From Piromyces finnis finn (lineage: Eukaryota; Fungi; Neocallimastigomycota): DNA of 64,000 nucleotides. Both the position numbers and the translations under genes were made by a program. Where the stretch lies: positions 1,984,001 to 2,048,000 of the forward strand of contig MCFH01000001.1 of assembly GCA_002104945.1 (NCBI GenBank), in the 5' to 3' direction. A model generated the notes under the pieces. That model searched no databases, had not been told where the DNA came from, and saw only the letters and a program-made list of their open reading frames with translations. Below, one piece after another: positions 38,620 through 51,224 of the stretch; positions within the stretch are counted from its first letter, which is position 1; every line of letters starts with the position of its first letter.

Positions 38620-41600
38620 CTTTACACTTTATATATTAAAATATTATTAACACGATATCAAAAGTAATAATCTATTAAAAAAAAAAAAAAAAAAAAAGAC
38701 AATATATATAATTAATAATATTATTAAATTATCATTATCCTAATCATATTTAATTATTCATATACTAAACTTTTTTTTTAAAAAAAAAAAAAAAAGAACG
38801 ATAATGATAATAATAACATAACTTAATTATAATTTTTTTTAAACCAACTACTATGATAGTAATAATCTTTATAAATATATATTTATGAACAACCTATATA
38901 TTTAATATTACCAATCAATTTTTAATAATACTATAGCATAGAGCAATATTACAACAATAAGAGAGGGAAAATAGTACTTTTTTTCTTTCTTTCTTTTGTT
39001 GTATTGTAAATACGAAAAGTCAATGAAATAATAACAATGAAAATAATAATAGTCATAATAAATAAATAAAAAAAAAATAAAAAAAAAAAAAAGAAAAGTT
39101 TTAAAAAAAATAAAAAAAAATAAAAAAAAATTAAAAAAGAATTCTTTTCATTTTTATGTATTCCCTTTATTTTTTTACATCAACTTTATAACAGATTACT
39201 TTATACATTGTTTTTTTTTTTTTCTTTCTTTCTTTGTTTATATATTTGTTCTTATTAAATAATGTCTAGAATAGTAAATTTTAATAGTTAAAAATCCATT
39301 TTGTCAATGAATACAACACTTTTTTTAATTTGAATTATTTATTAAAAACAACCTAGTCATAATCATGAATCATTAAATTTGAGGGCTGAATTTTCAAATT
39401 AGAAAATCACGAAAATTACATCATATAATAATTAATAATATGGTGGCTCACATAATTTTTAGAAAAGAAAATAAATATGGTATTCTTTAATTATTATTAT
39501 TCAAAGTGGCGTTAGATTTCCATTATAATTATATATTGTATTAATTACTATAAATATAAATAGAAGAAACTACAATACTTTTGTATCATTATTGACTACT
39601 AGAAATAACAACATCCAAATCTAGTTATTCTTTTTGATGTTGTCTAAGAGATAATAATAATAAGGAATATCAAGAAGATGAAAAGGTATATGCATAATAT
39701 ACATGATATTAAGACAATTCAATGTATTAAAATGTATTTGTACCAATACATAATGTATTATAGTGAAAATAAAAAAAGAGAATTTTTGTTTCTTATTTAA
39801 CAGCGGTACAAAATTTAGAAAGCTAAACTTTAATAATAGAACAAAATTTTGTATATATTATAATTTGTATTATAAATATACTATAAATATAATAATTCAT
39901 TAATAATCAATAATAATATGACATGACCATGAAAAATGCAAACTTTCAATTTTTTTTTTTTTTTTGTGTATTCAACTTTCTAGTAGTATGATAGGAAAAG
40001 AAAAAGAACCAATAAAATTTCAGTATAAAAAATTGGTAGTAAAAAGATAATATTATAAACTTTTATTATAAAAAAAAAAAAGTGACAATGATGATGATGA
40101 TGATGATGATGTTTATTACTTTTTTGTTTTTCAAAATGTATTATTAGCATCATTTGCCTCTATGCTATAGTGTTATGATTTATAAATTATGATTTCTAAA
40201 TCTTTTTTTTTTTTTTAATTTTGTATATACCCTATTTATATATTATTTTCAATTATACAATCATTAATGGTATCTAAAAAAAAAATAATAAAATACTATC
40301 TTTTTTAATACTATTAATTAAATTATAAAGCTCATTATGTCTCTACTATTCATTTTAGTTTTTAGCTATAAAATATTTAATAATAAATATGGTTTAATTA
40401 AACTTTTATTATTAATTTTAAAATAATAAAATGAATAATAACAACAATAATAAAATAAAATAAAAAAAAAAGCCATAGAGAAAAAAGGATATAATATAAA
40501 CTTTAAATTTAATTAGTTTATTATTAATTCTATATTTTAAATGAAAAAAATAAAACTATAATAGTTATGCTTGATGTTTATAAAAAAAAAAAGTAAATAT
40601 TGTTGCTTTAATTGTTACTTTAATTGAAAATAGTAATAGTAATAACAACTAAATAATTCAATAATCCACTCCACTGGTCATTGTGGTTGTGGTTGTAAAA
40701 TTTATAAAGTTTTTTTATATGAAAATTTACTTTAATTAAACTTTATTAATATAATAAATTGTGTAACATTAACCAAGGAAACTCAAAAGTTTATTAATTA
40801 AACTATTTTTTGAAATTTCTGTATAATAATAAATTTATATTTTTTCATTTTTTTTCTATCTTTTTAAGAAAAAAAGAAGTATAAGAAATTAGGATGATTT
40901 TTTAAAAAGGTTTATTCTATCTATTTAATTATTATAAATAACGTAAAAAAAAGTATTATTAAAATATTTAAATAAAACAATTTTTTTTATTATTTTATGT
41001 TCACATGGATTTATAACTTTATTAGGATATGGAAGGATAATAAATTAATTTTTTTTTCTATTATTATGATTAAATAATTTTATTTATAGATAGTATCATC
41101 CATTATCCATTATCATTAAAAAGTTAATATTATTCAAAAACTATTTCAATTATGGTTATATTGAATATTAAAAAATTATTCATTTCACCACTTATTACAC
41201 TTTATTACTAATAAAACTACTACTAATAGTTATACCATAATAAAAATATTTTCTCATTTCATTTGTAGCATGAGTAATTAGTAATATTTTTTTTTTACCT
41301 TTGGCTATTTTACATAAAAAGTTTATATTTGTCAGCCAGAATACTATTGAAAGAAAAAATAGAAATTAAAGTTTGAATTCAAAAAAATTCATTCATTTTT
41401 ATTAATTAATAAAGTTTGAATTCATTTCATTACCATTTATTATCTAACAAAAAATTAATTAAAAAAAACTATTTTTTTTCTATTAATGAAACTTTAATAA
41501 AATAGAACATCATAATTCAATATATTATTCATTATAATATTATATTAGGGAATATATACGGAGCATTTATTTATTGTATATATTATTATGATTCATGAAT

Positions 41601-42952
41601 AAAATTAATTGATTTTTAAAATTTGTATTAAAAGAATATTTGAAATTCTTTGGTAGGACAAATTTATTATCAATTTAATAAACGAATCTATTCACTATTT
41701 TATTCACTCTATTTCCCACATATATTAAACAATATGAGAAGAATATAATTTTAATTTAGTATATATAATGATAATAAAAAATAATATATAATAAATGTAT
41801 TCATCAGTCGATGTTAATTAAATAAAATAATAAAAAGTTAAATAATAATATATTAGCATAATATATTTAAATTAATCATACTATTTTAATTAAAAAAAAT
41901 TCATTTTTCATTTTCAATAATATAAATAAAGAAATTTTCCATTGTTTAATCTTTTTTTTTTTAAAGGAAAAAAAAAAACAAATAAAAGTTAAGAATTAAA
42001 GAAAGAAAACTAATTTTAGTATTTAGTAGGAGGGTCAAACTTTTTTTTTTCATGTTACTTTACATTATATGGCTATAAGAGGAAATTAAACTTTGATTCA
42101 GTAGAATAAATTTTTAGTTTAATAAATTAAAAAGAAATCCTACACAAAATATTTAAATTTTAAAAATAATAATAAAATAATCAATTCATAAAAAAAAAAG
42201 TATTTGTACTATTTAAAAAGTTTAAATTTTTTTTTTTTAATAATAATAATATTATTAACTTAAAATTTAAAATTTATTCTTTAAACAAAAAAAAAATATC
42301 AATTTTCTTTTGAACAATAACAAAAAAAATATATTTATAAAATAGAAAGATAATTGTTCAATTTTCAAAATATATTTATACCCTATATAAAAATAAATAA
42401 ATACATTTCTTATTTATTTATTCAATATATCTCAATTATAATATATATAACACAATAATAAAACATATTTATATTAATATAATTGTAAATATATTTTTTT
42501 ACTTATTTTAATGTTAATCGAATCAAACTAAATTAAATTAAAAGTATATAAAAAAAATAAAATAGTATTTATTATATTAAATAATGAAATTAAAATTACA
42601 TAATTTTTAAATATAATAATTGTAATTATAAATATTTTATACAAGTTATTGTAATAAGATATTTACAAATACCAAAAAAGTGTAACAAATAGTAATTGTA
42701 TAAACGAAATAATATAAAAATTTCGAATTGTAATTATAATATTTATTAAATACTTTTTTTTTTTAAGATAATTTTATTTTTTTATTCAAATTGGAATATT
42801 TTTTTTTTCAAATTTTAAATGAAATTACCAATTTGTTAAAATTTATAAAAAAAGAATAATACTTTATGAAAAGTTATAACATAGTATCTTAATTTAATTT
42901 TTTTTTTTTTTTAATAATAACATCAAAAGAAAATATATATATTTTTTCAATA

Positions 42953-44302
42953 ATGTATTGGAAACATAATTACAGTAAAGTTTTATTTTTTTTAAATTTT
43001 ATTGTTATATTCAATAATAGTTTAGCCCATTATATCAATAAAGAAAATATAAATGACATACAAATAAATAATAATTCACCAAAAAGAATACCAATACTTT
43101 TCAAAAAAGAAGTAAATATTATTATTAAGGAATCGAATAATTGTATCAAAAATGAAGATTGTGATAATGGTTACATCTGTCTTAATAAGAAATGTAATAT
43201 TGATTACACTGATAAAAAATGTGAGATGAAAAGTAAAAATAACAAATGTCCAGAACCATTTATTTGTATAAAGAATGTATGTCAAATCAATGATAATGCA
43301 AAATTTATTTCTAATATCGGCAATGGAAACAATTTCATATTAACAGAAAAAGGTTTAATATTCATAATTTGCTTCATCGTATTTTTAATAATTGTGTTTT
43401 TTTCCGTCCTTCATTTTGCTTCGAAATATAAAATAGATATTGATAAAGTAAACAAACAGCAAGAACAAATAAATAGCAATATAAGTTACCCACCAAATAT
43501 GTTAAATCCTTCAGAAGAACGAAATGCGTATATTCGTTCTTTGAAAGAAAAAGAAAGTAAACTAACGAGTCAAAATGATGTTGATACCTATATTAAGAAT
43601 GATGATATATTGAACCAATTTAAATTAAATGATCCATACACTACCATAAATTCAAAAAAGGATTATGATATTGCTGGCAATATTTATCCAAAAACTCCAC
43701 AGTCTGGCTCCACCCTAATCAATAAAAGCTATTCTTCAACCAATAATCTAATCAATAAAAATAGATTATCGGAAAGAAGTTCAATCCACAATCCTAATTA
43801 TAGAAAATTTAGTACCGGGGCAATTTCTGCAATGAAAGATCCCTCTTTCTATAGTAGTTCTATCCAAGATTTTAATACCTCAAATTCATTTTCCTACATT
43901 TACCCTTCAGAAAATAAAATATATAATCAACAATATAATTCTTATAATAGTTCACCAGCATCACCTCGAGCTGTACATCATCAATCCCTTTCATTAACCA
44001 TCCCTAGAAAATTATCTACATTTGAATCACCCATTTTACATGGTCATACCACTTATCTTCATGAAGGCATTCCTTCCACAAGTAATCATATACCATATAT
44101 ATTAGAAGATGATGAAGAAGATGACGATCAACAAACCACATTATCATTTGATTCCGGTGTACTTAAAGTAGCTTCTTCTTCATTTAAGAAGAATAAGGAA
44201 TCCATAATATATTCCTATTCTGAAGATTTCAATGCTTCAAAAGAATGTATCATTCCTTCCCCTGATACTCCTACTTTAAATAAAAAATATATAGATAATT
44301 AA
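42953..44302 (+). CDS. Uncharacterised single-pass membrane protein: signal peptide, two 4-Cys modules, TM, long Ser-rich cytoplasmic tail
   Basis: Hydrophobic N-terminus; C-x5-C-x5-C-x4-C and C-x8-C-x5-C-x4-C; TM LIFIICFIVFLIIVFFSVLHF; 449-aa open frame. Confidence 0.75.
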   Translation: MYWKHNYSKVLFFLNFIVIFNNSLAHYINKENINDIQINNNSPKRIPILFKKEVNIIIKESNNCIKNEDCDNGYICLNKKCNIDYTDKKCEMKSKNNKCPEPFICIKNVCQINDNAKFISNIGNGNNFILTEKGLIFIICFIVFLIIVFFSVLHFASKYKIDIDKVNKQQEQINSNISYPPNMLNPSEERNAYIRSLKEKESKLTSQNDVDTYIKNDDILNQFKLNDPYTTINSKKDYDIAGNIYPKTPQSGSTLINKSYSSTNNLINKNRLSERSSIHNPNYRKFSTGAISAMKDPSFYSSSIQDFNTSNSFSYIYPSENKIYNQQYNSYNSSPASPRAVHHQSLSLTIPRKLSTFESPILHGHTTYLHEGIPSTSNHIPYILEDDEEDDDQQTTLSFDSGVLKVASSSFKKNKESIIYSYSEDFNASKECIIPSPDTPTLNKKYIDN

Positions 44303-45098
44303 AATATTATCTTGTATTATTAATTTAGCAAAAAGAAAAAAAATAAAAAATAAAAAAAAAATACAAATACAATTAATAATAAAAATAAAAGTTAAAAAGA
44401 AAAAAAAAACAGTAATTAAAAAAAAATAGTATGTGTATATATAAAGAGGAAAGAAAAAAAAATAAATAAATAAATATCAATTCTTTCTTCATATATCATA
44501 TATTTTATTTTTCAATAGAAAAAGAAATACTATTAAAAAATGATTTGTTTCTATATTAAATTATTTTTAAAATACATCATTTGATAAATTTTAATAGATA
44601 TAAAAATATAGAACCACTTTGAAAGAATTAATTTTTTTTTTTTTTCAACATAATCCTACTATGTTGAAAAAGAAAAAGAAAAGGAGGATAAGGAATAAAC
44701 CCTATTATTAGTTTAGTTTACTTTTTAAAAAAAAATTAGTTCATGAATTCAAAAAATAATAGGTTATTCTTTAACGATTTATCATTTTTAATACTATTTT
44801 TATCTTAAAAATAAGTAAATAAACAACAAAACTTTTAAAAAGAAAAAGGACAATTAATACACTAATTTTAATTTTTTTTTTTTTTTTTTTAACAATGTAT
44901 ATTGGAATGAAATAAATCATATGAAAAGCAGTAAACCTATAAAAATTTATTTTTTCTTTATAATTTAGTTTTTTGGTGATTTAAATAATTATATATAATA
45001 AAAAAAAACTCTAAATATTAAAATAGTTTAAAAAAAAAAAAAGTATAATTCTTATTATAAAATATTAAATCATTTAATTATACTCTATTGAATTGGAT

Positions 45099-45135
<37 letters not shown>

Positions 45136-45948
45136 CATTTTAAAGTTTAAATATGAAATTCTTTAATAATATATTGTTAAGTAATTAAGGTATCATCTCT
45201 ACCACATTATAAATTTTAATTATCGTCATGATAATGATTTTAAAATGAATTTTATATATAAAATTATGGATAATTTTATTTCATTTTTTTAAACTTTTTA
45301 AGCTATTTGATATGAAATGAAAATGCCTCAAATGTAATATAATTTATAATAATTATTTAATAAATTTAAAGAGAAATTAAATCAATAATTTTATTTGATT
45401 TATAAAAAAAACTACGAATAATTTTATTTTCAACGATGCAAATTAAAAAATTATTATATCCATAGTCAATAGAATAAAAAAAATAAATAAATAAATAAAT
45501 AAATAAAATAAACTTGATATAAATATTTTTTTTTTTTAACTATTATTTTATTCTATTTTATATAATTTTGTAAATCTATAATTAAAGAAAAAGTTTATTA
45601 ATTATTAAATTGTAAAAAAAAGTAATTGTATATTTCAAATTTAAATAAAAACATGGATTGAATAATTTTTTTTTTCTTTTTTTTTTTTTTTTTTTTTATT
45701 GTTATTATTATTATAAAATAATAATTTAAATAGAAAATTTTTTTTTAAAAAAAAAAATAGTTTGAAACTACCTGAAAGAGAAATTTATTAATATATATTA
45801 ATAATATATATATTAATCCTATATATTATTTACATAATTTTTGTAAATTGATATTCATTTCCTCTTACTTAAAGGTTTATTCCCTGAAAAGTTTTTAAAT
45901 TATATAAAAATAAAATAAATAAAAAAATAGAAAAAAAAAAAAAAAAAG

Positions 45949-48137
45949 ATGATTGAAATAAAACCACAGGTTTCACATATCAATGAAAAGGATAATGATG
46001 TAAAGGAAACGAACCCAATTAACTTGAAAAACAAAATATTAGAAAAGGATACAAAGTTAAATAAAACAATCTCTACTAATGATTATGAAGTGAACTTTTC
46101 ATTATCCAATAAAAAAATGTGTATATTTAATGAATTACCCAAGGAAACAAAAGCAGCATTATCTATGAATAGATATAATTCTACTGGAAATATTAAATTT
46201 GATGCGAATGATTCCACATTATCAAAAACAAATAACACTCTCAGAAATAGACAAAATGTTCTAGAAAAAAAGAAACCATTAGAAAAAAAATTTGAATTAG
46301 TTAAAAATCAAAGTGTATCAAATTTAAGAGTATCCCTTTTAAGAGAAGAAGTTGGTCTAAGACATTCCTCCAGTCTATTATATATCCCTTCTGTTGAAAT
46401 CAACTCTCGAGAAAATGAAATAAGAAAATTAAGAAAAACATTTACAAATCCGCATCTTAGTGAATCTTGTAATTCATTATATTCTGATATGACTTCTTCT
46501 GAAAGTATCATGTCCAGTACTTTTACTCTTGATTCAAATTATAGTATTTGTGATAGTTGTGATAGTATCTGCGAATCTATTCTTGATTTATTAGCAAAAA
46601 AGGATACCAAACGTTTTACAGAAATGGAAAATGGTCACTTAAAATTAATAAAGTTTAGTCAATGTCCGGATTGGCTTTCAGATAATCCCTATATTGTTTC
46701 CAATTATAGACCTCCTTGTTATTCCTATAAAGCTTGTTATAAATCATTGTTATACCTTCATAATGAAACTGTAAGTATATTAAAAGAAGAATATATATAT
46801 GTTATACAATCAACTATTAAAAAAAAAAACAATATGCTAATCAACTTTTTCCAAAATTATTTATTCTATATAAACTAGGGTAATATCTATTCCCATATAA
46901 TAGGAGCAATACTATTTACATCATTTTATGGTTTTACGGCCTATAAATATATTCCATCTTTTAATGATTTAGATTCTTTACAAATTCTCTCCATTATCAT
47001 GTCTGTTATAGGTGGATTTATTTGTATGTTTTTTTCATACCATTTCCACATGTTCAGTTCTCACTCTTTAAAAGTCAATAGAAATTGGTTAACTTGTGAT
47101 TTCATTGGAATTGTTTCATTAATTTAGTAAGTAATTGATTTTTAACTATAATACTATTTTATAAAATAGTTAATAGATAATAATTCATATATAATGGATG
47201 AAAATGTTATATACCTTAATCTGATGTATCGTTATTATTAATCTACTAATAATTTTTCTAATATTTTTTTAATTACTTATAGTACTACTGGTTTACCATT
47301 ATCCTACTACTCCTTCTATTGTTTACCAGATTTTAGAGTAAAATATATGGCAGTATCAGCTATTATTGGTGCAATTTCGGTAAATATAAATAAATTTCAC
47401 TTTTATACAAAAGAGATAAAGAATTATAATAACTTTTTTTTTTTTTTAATTATTAATTATAATAATAATAATAAAAAATGAAATGAAAAGCTTTTATCCA
47501 TGCTTAATCCAGTATTTTCTAGAGATGAATACAGACTTGTTCGTTCTGGTCTTTTCTTATTGCTTGCTATAAGTGAATTATTACCAGTTTTATATGCTGT
47601 TATCAACTTTAATGTAAATATATATTTTCTTAAAAAAAAAATATTTATTAAATCATAAATATTTAATATGAATATAAAAATATATATAATATAGTATATA
47701 TAATTATATTGAATACAATTTCTAATTCTAATAAATACGTACTACTTTCAAATATTTTTAAAAATAGAATGATATTTTAGTAAACTATTTATCAATACAC
47801 TGGACAATTTCTGGAGCATTAATGTACTTACTTGGTTTATTTTTATATGCCAAACGTATTCCAGAAATTTATTTACCAGGAAAGTTTGATGTTTGGGTAA
47901 GAATAGAATAAATGAAATAAATTTTTACAGTTTGAAATATACTAGTTTATCATAAATTTAAATATATATATATATAATAATAACTAATTTTCATCAAATA
48001 AACAAATATAATAGGGACATTCTCATCAATTATTCCATACTTTAATTGTTTTTGCTTCTGTTTCATTTTACATTGGTATCATGAAAACCGTTAAAAGTTA
48101 CAACATGGATGAAGATGTCTGCTCAAAATTATATTAA
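45949..48137 (+). CDS. PAQR / haemolysin-III family (adiponectin receptor / IZH-like), multi-exon, long N-terminal extension
   Basis: PDWLSDNPYIVSNYRP, HNET|GNIYSH (intron 46771-46878), FHMFSSHS, CDFIG, YAKRIPE..PGKFDVW|GHSHQLFH; stop at 48135-48137. Confidence 0.9.
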
Positions 48138-48898
48138 ACATAAATACACCCTTAAAAAATTCCATTATAATATGATTCATTATCAGTAAAAGTATAATGT
48201 ATATATATCTATATCATTATACTTTTTTGACATTTTATTAATATTATAAGAAATATATAAATATTTAAAAATATGTATTATTGTTATCACTATTATTATT
48301 ACTATCATTATTATTACTATTATTTTTTTATGATATGCTTATATAAGCACTTTTACAAATTAATATATAATTTATGCTATTATATATTAAAAAAGGAAAT
48401 AACTTGTCTATATATATTAGAGACAAATCATTATAGGAACGAAATACCATTTTTAAAAATTTTATTTATATATTTTTTCATTAATAAAATTTTATCCTTA
48501 ATACAACTATTTCCTTTTTTTCTTTTTTTATATACCCTTTGTAACAAAAACAAAACTTTTTTATCTATTATCTTTTTTTTTAAAAAAAAAGAAAGTGTAT
48601 AAACTTATTAATCAAAGGCTATTTAAAAAAAAAGCACTGTTAAAAAAACCTATTTAACATAATACATAATTAACATTACTTTAAAAAAAAATTATATATT
48701 AATATTGCTAACCTTTTTCTTTTTACACATTTTTTAAAAATTTTAAAAAATAGAATTATTTATTGCTATTTATCCAATCATAATAATATAAAATTGAAAT
48801 TTAAATTCTCCTTTTTAAAAGTTTTTATATTATAAAAAAAAAAAAAAACTTGTAATAGTCCATTTAATTATAATTTTAATTTAAAAAAAATATTAATA

Positions 48899-49321
48899 AT
48901 GGGTGATATAAATGTTAATGGAAATAAAGACTTAAAGTCATTAATTAAAACTTGTTTCATTTTAGATAATCCACCACCTACACTAAAAAATTTAAATTTA
49001 AATGAGTTAAAAGCAGAAGCTCATTTAAAATTAGGAAAAGAATATTTAAAACTTGGTCAGTGTCAAAAATCTCTTGGTGAAATTAATATTTCTATTTCTA
49101 TACTAGAAAAATTAGTTCCGATAAAAACCAAAAAGGGAAAAAATAATAATGAAAAAGTAAATTCTAATAGTGTACCAAATATAAAAGAAAGTCATGTTAA
49201 TTTATTAATACAAAGCTATGAAATTTCAAAAGATATTTATGAATCGCAAGGAAAAACCGTCATGATTCAGAATATGCAAAATAGAATAAATAAAGTTAAA
49301 ACCCTTTATTTAAATAAATAA
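48899..49321 (+). CDS. Hypothetical helical protein, possible TPR-like repeat
   Basis: 140-aa open frame; AEAHLKLGKEYLKLGQCQKSL resembles a TPR helix pair. Confidence 0.55.
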   Translation: MGDINVNGNKDLKSLIKTCFILDNPPPTLKNLNLNELKAEAHLKLGKEYLKLGQCQKSLGEINISISILEKLVPIKTKKGKNNNEKVNSNSVPNIKESHVNLLIQSYEISKDIYESQGKTVMIQNMQNRINKVKTLYLNK

Positions 49322-50837
49322 TTCTACTTATGCTTATATATATAAATATATGTAATATATAATATACATTTAATTTATATATATTTAACAAATTTTCTCA
49401 CATCCCATTCATTTTTACTCCTATTTTATTTAATAACATCTATTTTATTTAATAGCATATTATAATTTTTAATAATTTCACAAAAAAAATAATAATAACG
49501 TTAACCGGCCGGCTTAATAATTAATTATATTTTTTTAAAAAAAAAAAACGACTACCAAATACTTTAATTATCATAATTTACTATTCTATACCTTATCAAT
49601 TAATAAAAGTGTATAAAAATTTTTTTTTAATTCATTATTATTATAATATAAAAATTAAAAATTATGTATATATTAGCAATTTATACACAATCTAAAACAA
49701 GCATACAAGTATGTAATTTCTAAATTAGAAATTAAAAAATTATGAATAAACAAATTCAATAAAAATGTTTTACATCATTAATATAATAAGTATAAAAAAT
49801 GAAATGATAATTTGTTTATTTAAATTATGTATTTAGTCTTTTAACTATTTTTTAAATACTAAATATTATTATTAATTATATATAAATATTTATTACTCAA
49901 AAAAATAAAAAAAAAAAAAAAAACTCCTTATTAAATACCAATAAAGTTATAATTGACTGGTTTATAAGCTGCTTAACCTGTCAACAACACAACAATAGAG
50001 TAAAATATTTTTTTTTTTATTTATAAATTTTTTACAGAAGGAATTGATACGACATAAAAGTGAATAATCTCTTAATGTATATTAAGCTAAAATAACATTA
50101 TAATAATGCTCCTTTTTTTTTTCTCATTTATTTGAGATATATAGTAAAACTGTTTATAAATACTTAATACTTTAAATACATTTGAAAGATTTGTTTAGTC
50201 TTTATATAGAATTTTTCAAATATGTTTAATTTTTTTTTAATTATTTACTAAATATTTATATATATATTTATTTATCTTCCATTATTCCAACTTAAATAAG
50301 CATTTTCCTTTTTTATTTAAAGAAAAAATAAAATTTTGCTGAAGTTCATTATCTTTATAGCTTATTTTCTCAAATGTACCCAAATATATTTTTTTTTTTA
50401 ACAGAACCAGCAGCAGTTCTAAAATGATAATTTCCTTTTTCTCAAAAAAAAAAAAAAATTAATATTTATAATTTTTTTTAGAAAAATCGATAATAATTAT
50501 AAATAATAAAATAAAAAAAAATAATTAATTAAAATTTAATTTTCAAGAAAAAATTTCATTTAATTGTAAAACTCTAAATTTTATTTAATTTACATTACCA
50601 CAACTTTCTATATAAATACCTTTATAATTTACACTCATTTTTATTATTTGAAATTTTTACTTTAATATAAAATTAAAAAAAAAAAGGTATAGGAAATACT
50701 GCATTTCTTTTATACTAAATAACAAAATAAATAGTAATATTAACTTTATTTTTTTAATTGAATTTTTGAATAGATAAATATATATTAGAAATAACAATTT
50801 ACAAATATTAAATTATAGTTTAAAATAAACTTTAAAT

Positions 50838-51184
50838 ATGGAAAAAATCATTGAATACAGAAATAAGTCTCAACAATACCCAAGACTTTTTAAAATTACT
50901 AAATTAATACATCCAAAAACAAAAGAAATTATTGAAAGTTTTCATATTCAAGAAAGTGCATTTAAAAGAAGAGATATTATCCCTTTCCCAGCTAGAGGAT
51001 GTTTTGTTTTACCAAAAACTAATGAAATTATAATTAGAGGCTATGATAAAGTAAATTTCTTTCTTTTTTTTTTTTATTTAATTCATTTTATAAGTATATA
51101 TATAATTTTATTTTTCAATTTGTAAAATAAAAGTAAAAATAAAAAAAAAAAAAAAAAGAGGAGCAAAGAATATATTTAGTATTA

Positions 51185-51224
<40 letters not shown>

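Noticed and set aside
48273-48602. 109-aa ORF after the PAQR gene
   Set aside because: Low-complexity Y/F/K/L composition from AT-rich 3' flank with TAT repeats.
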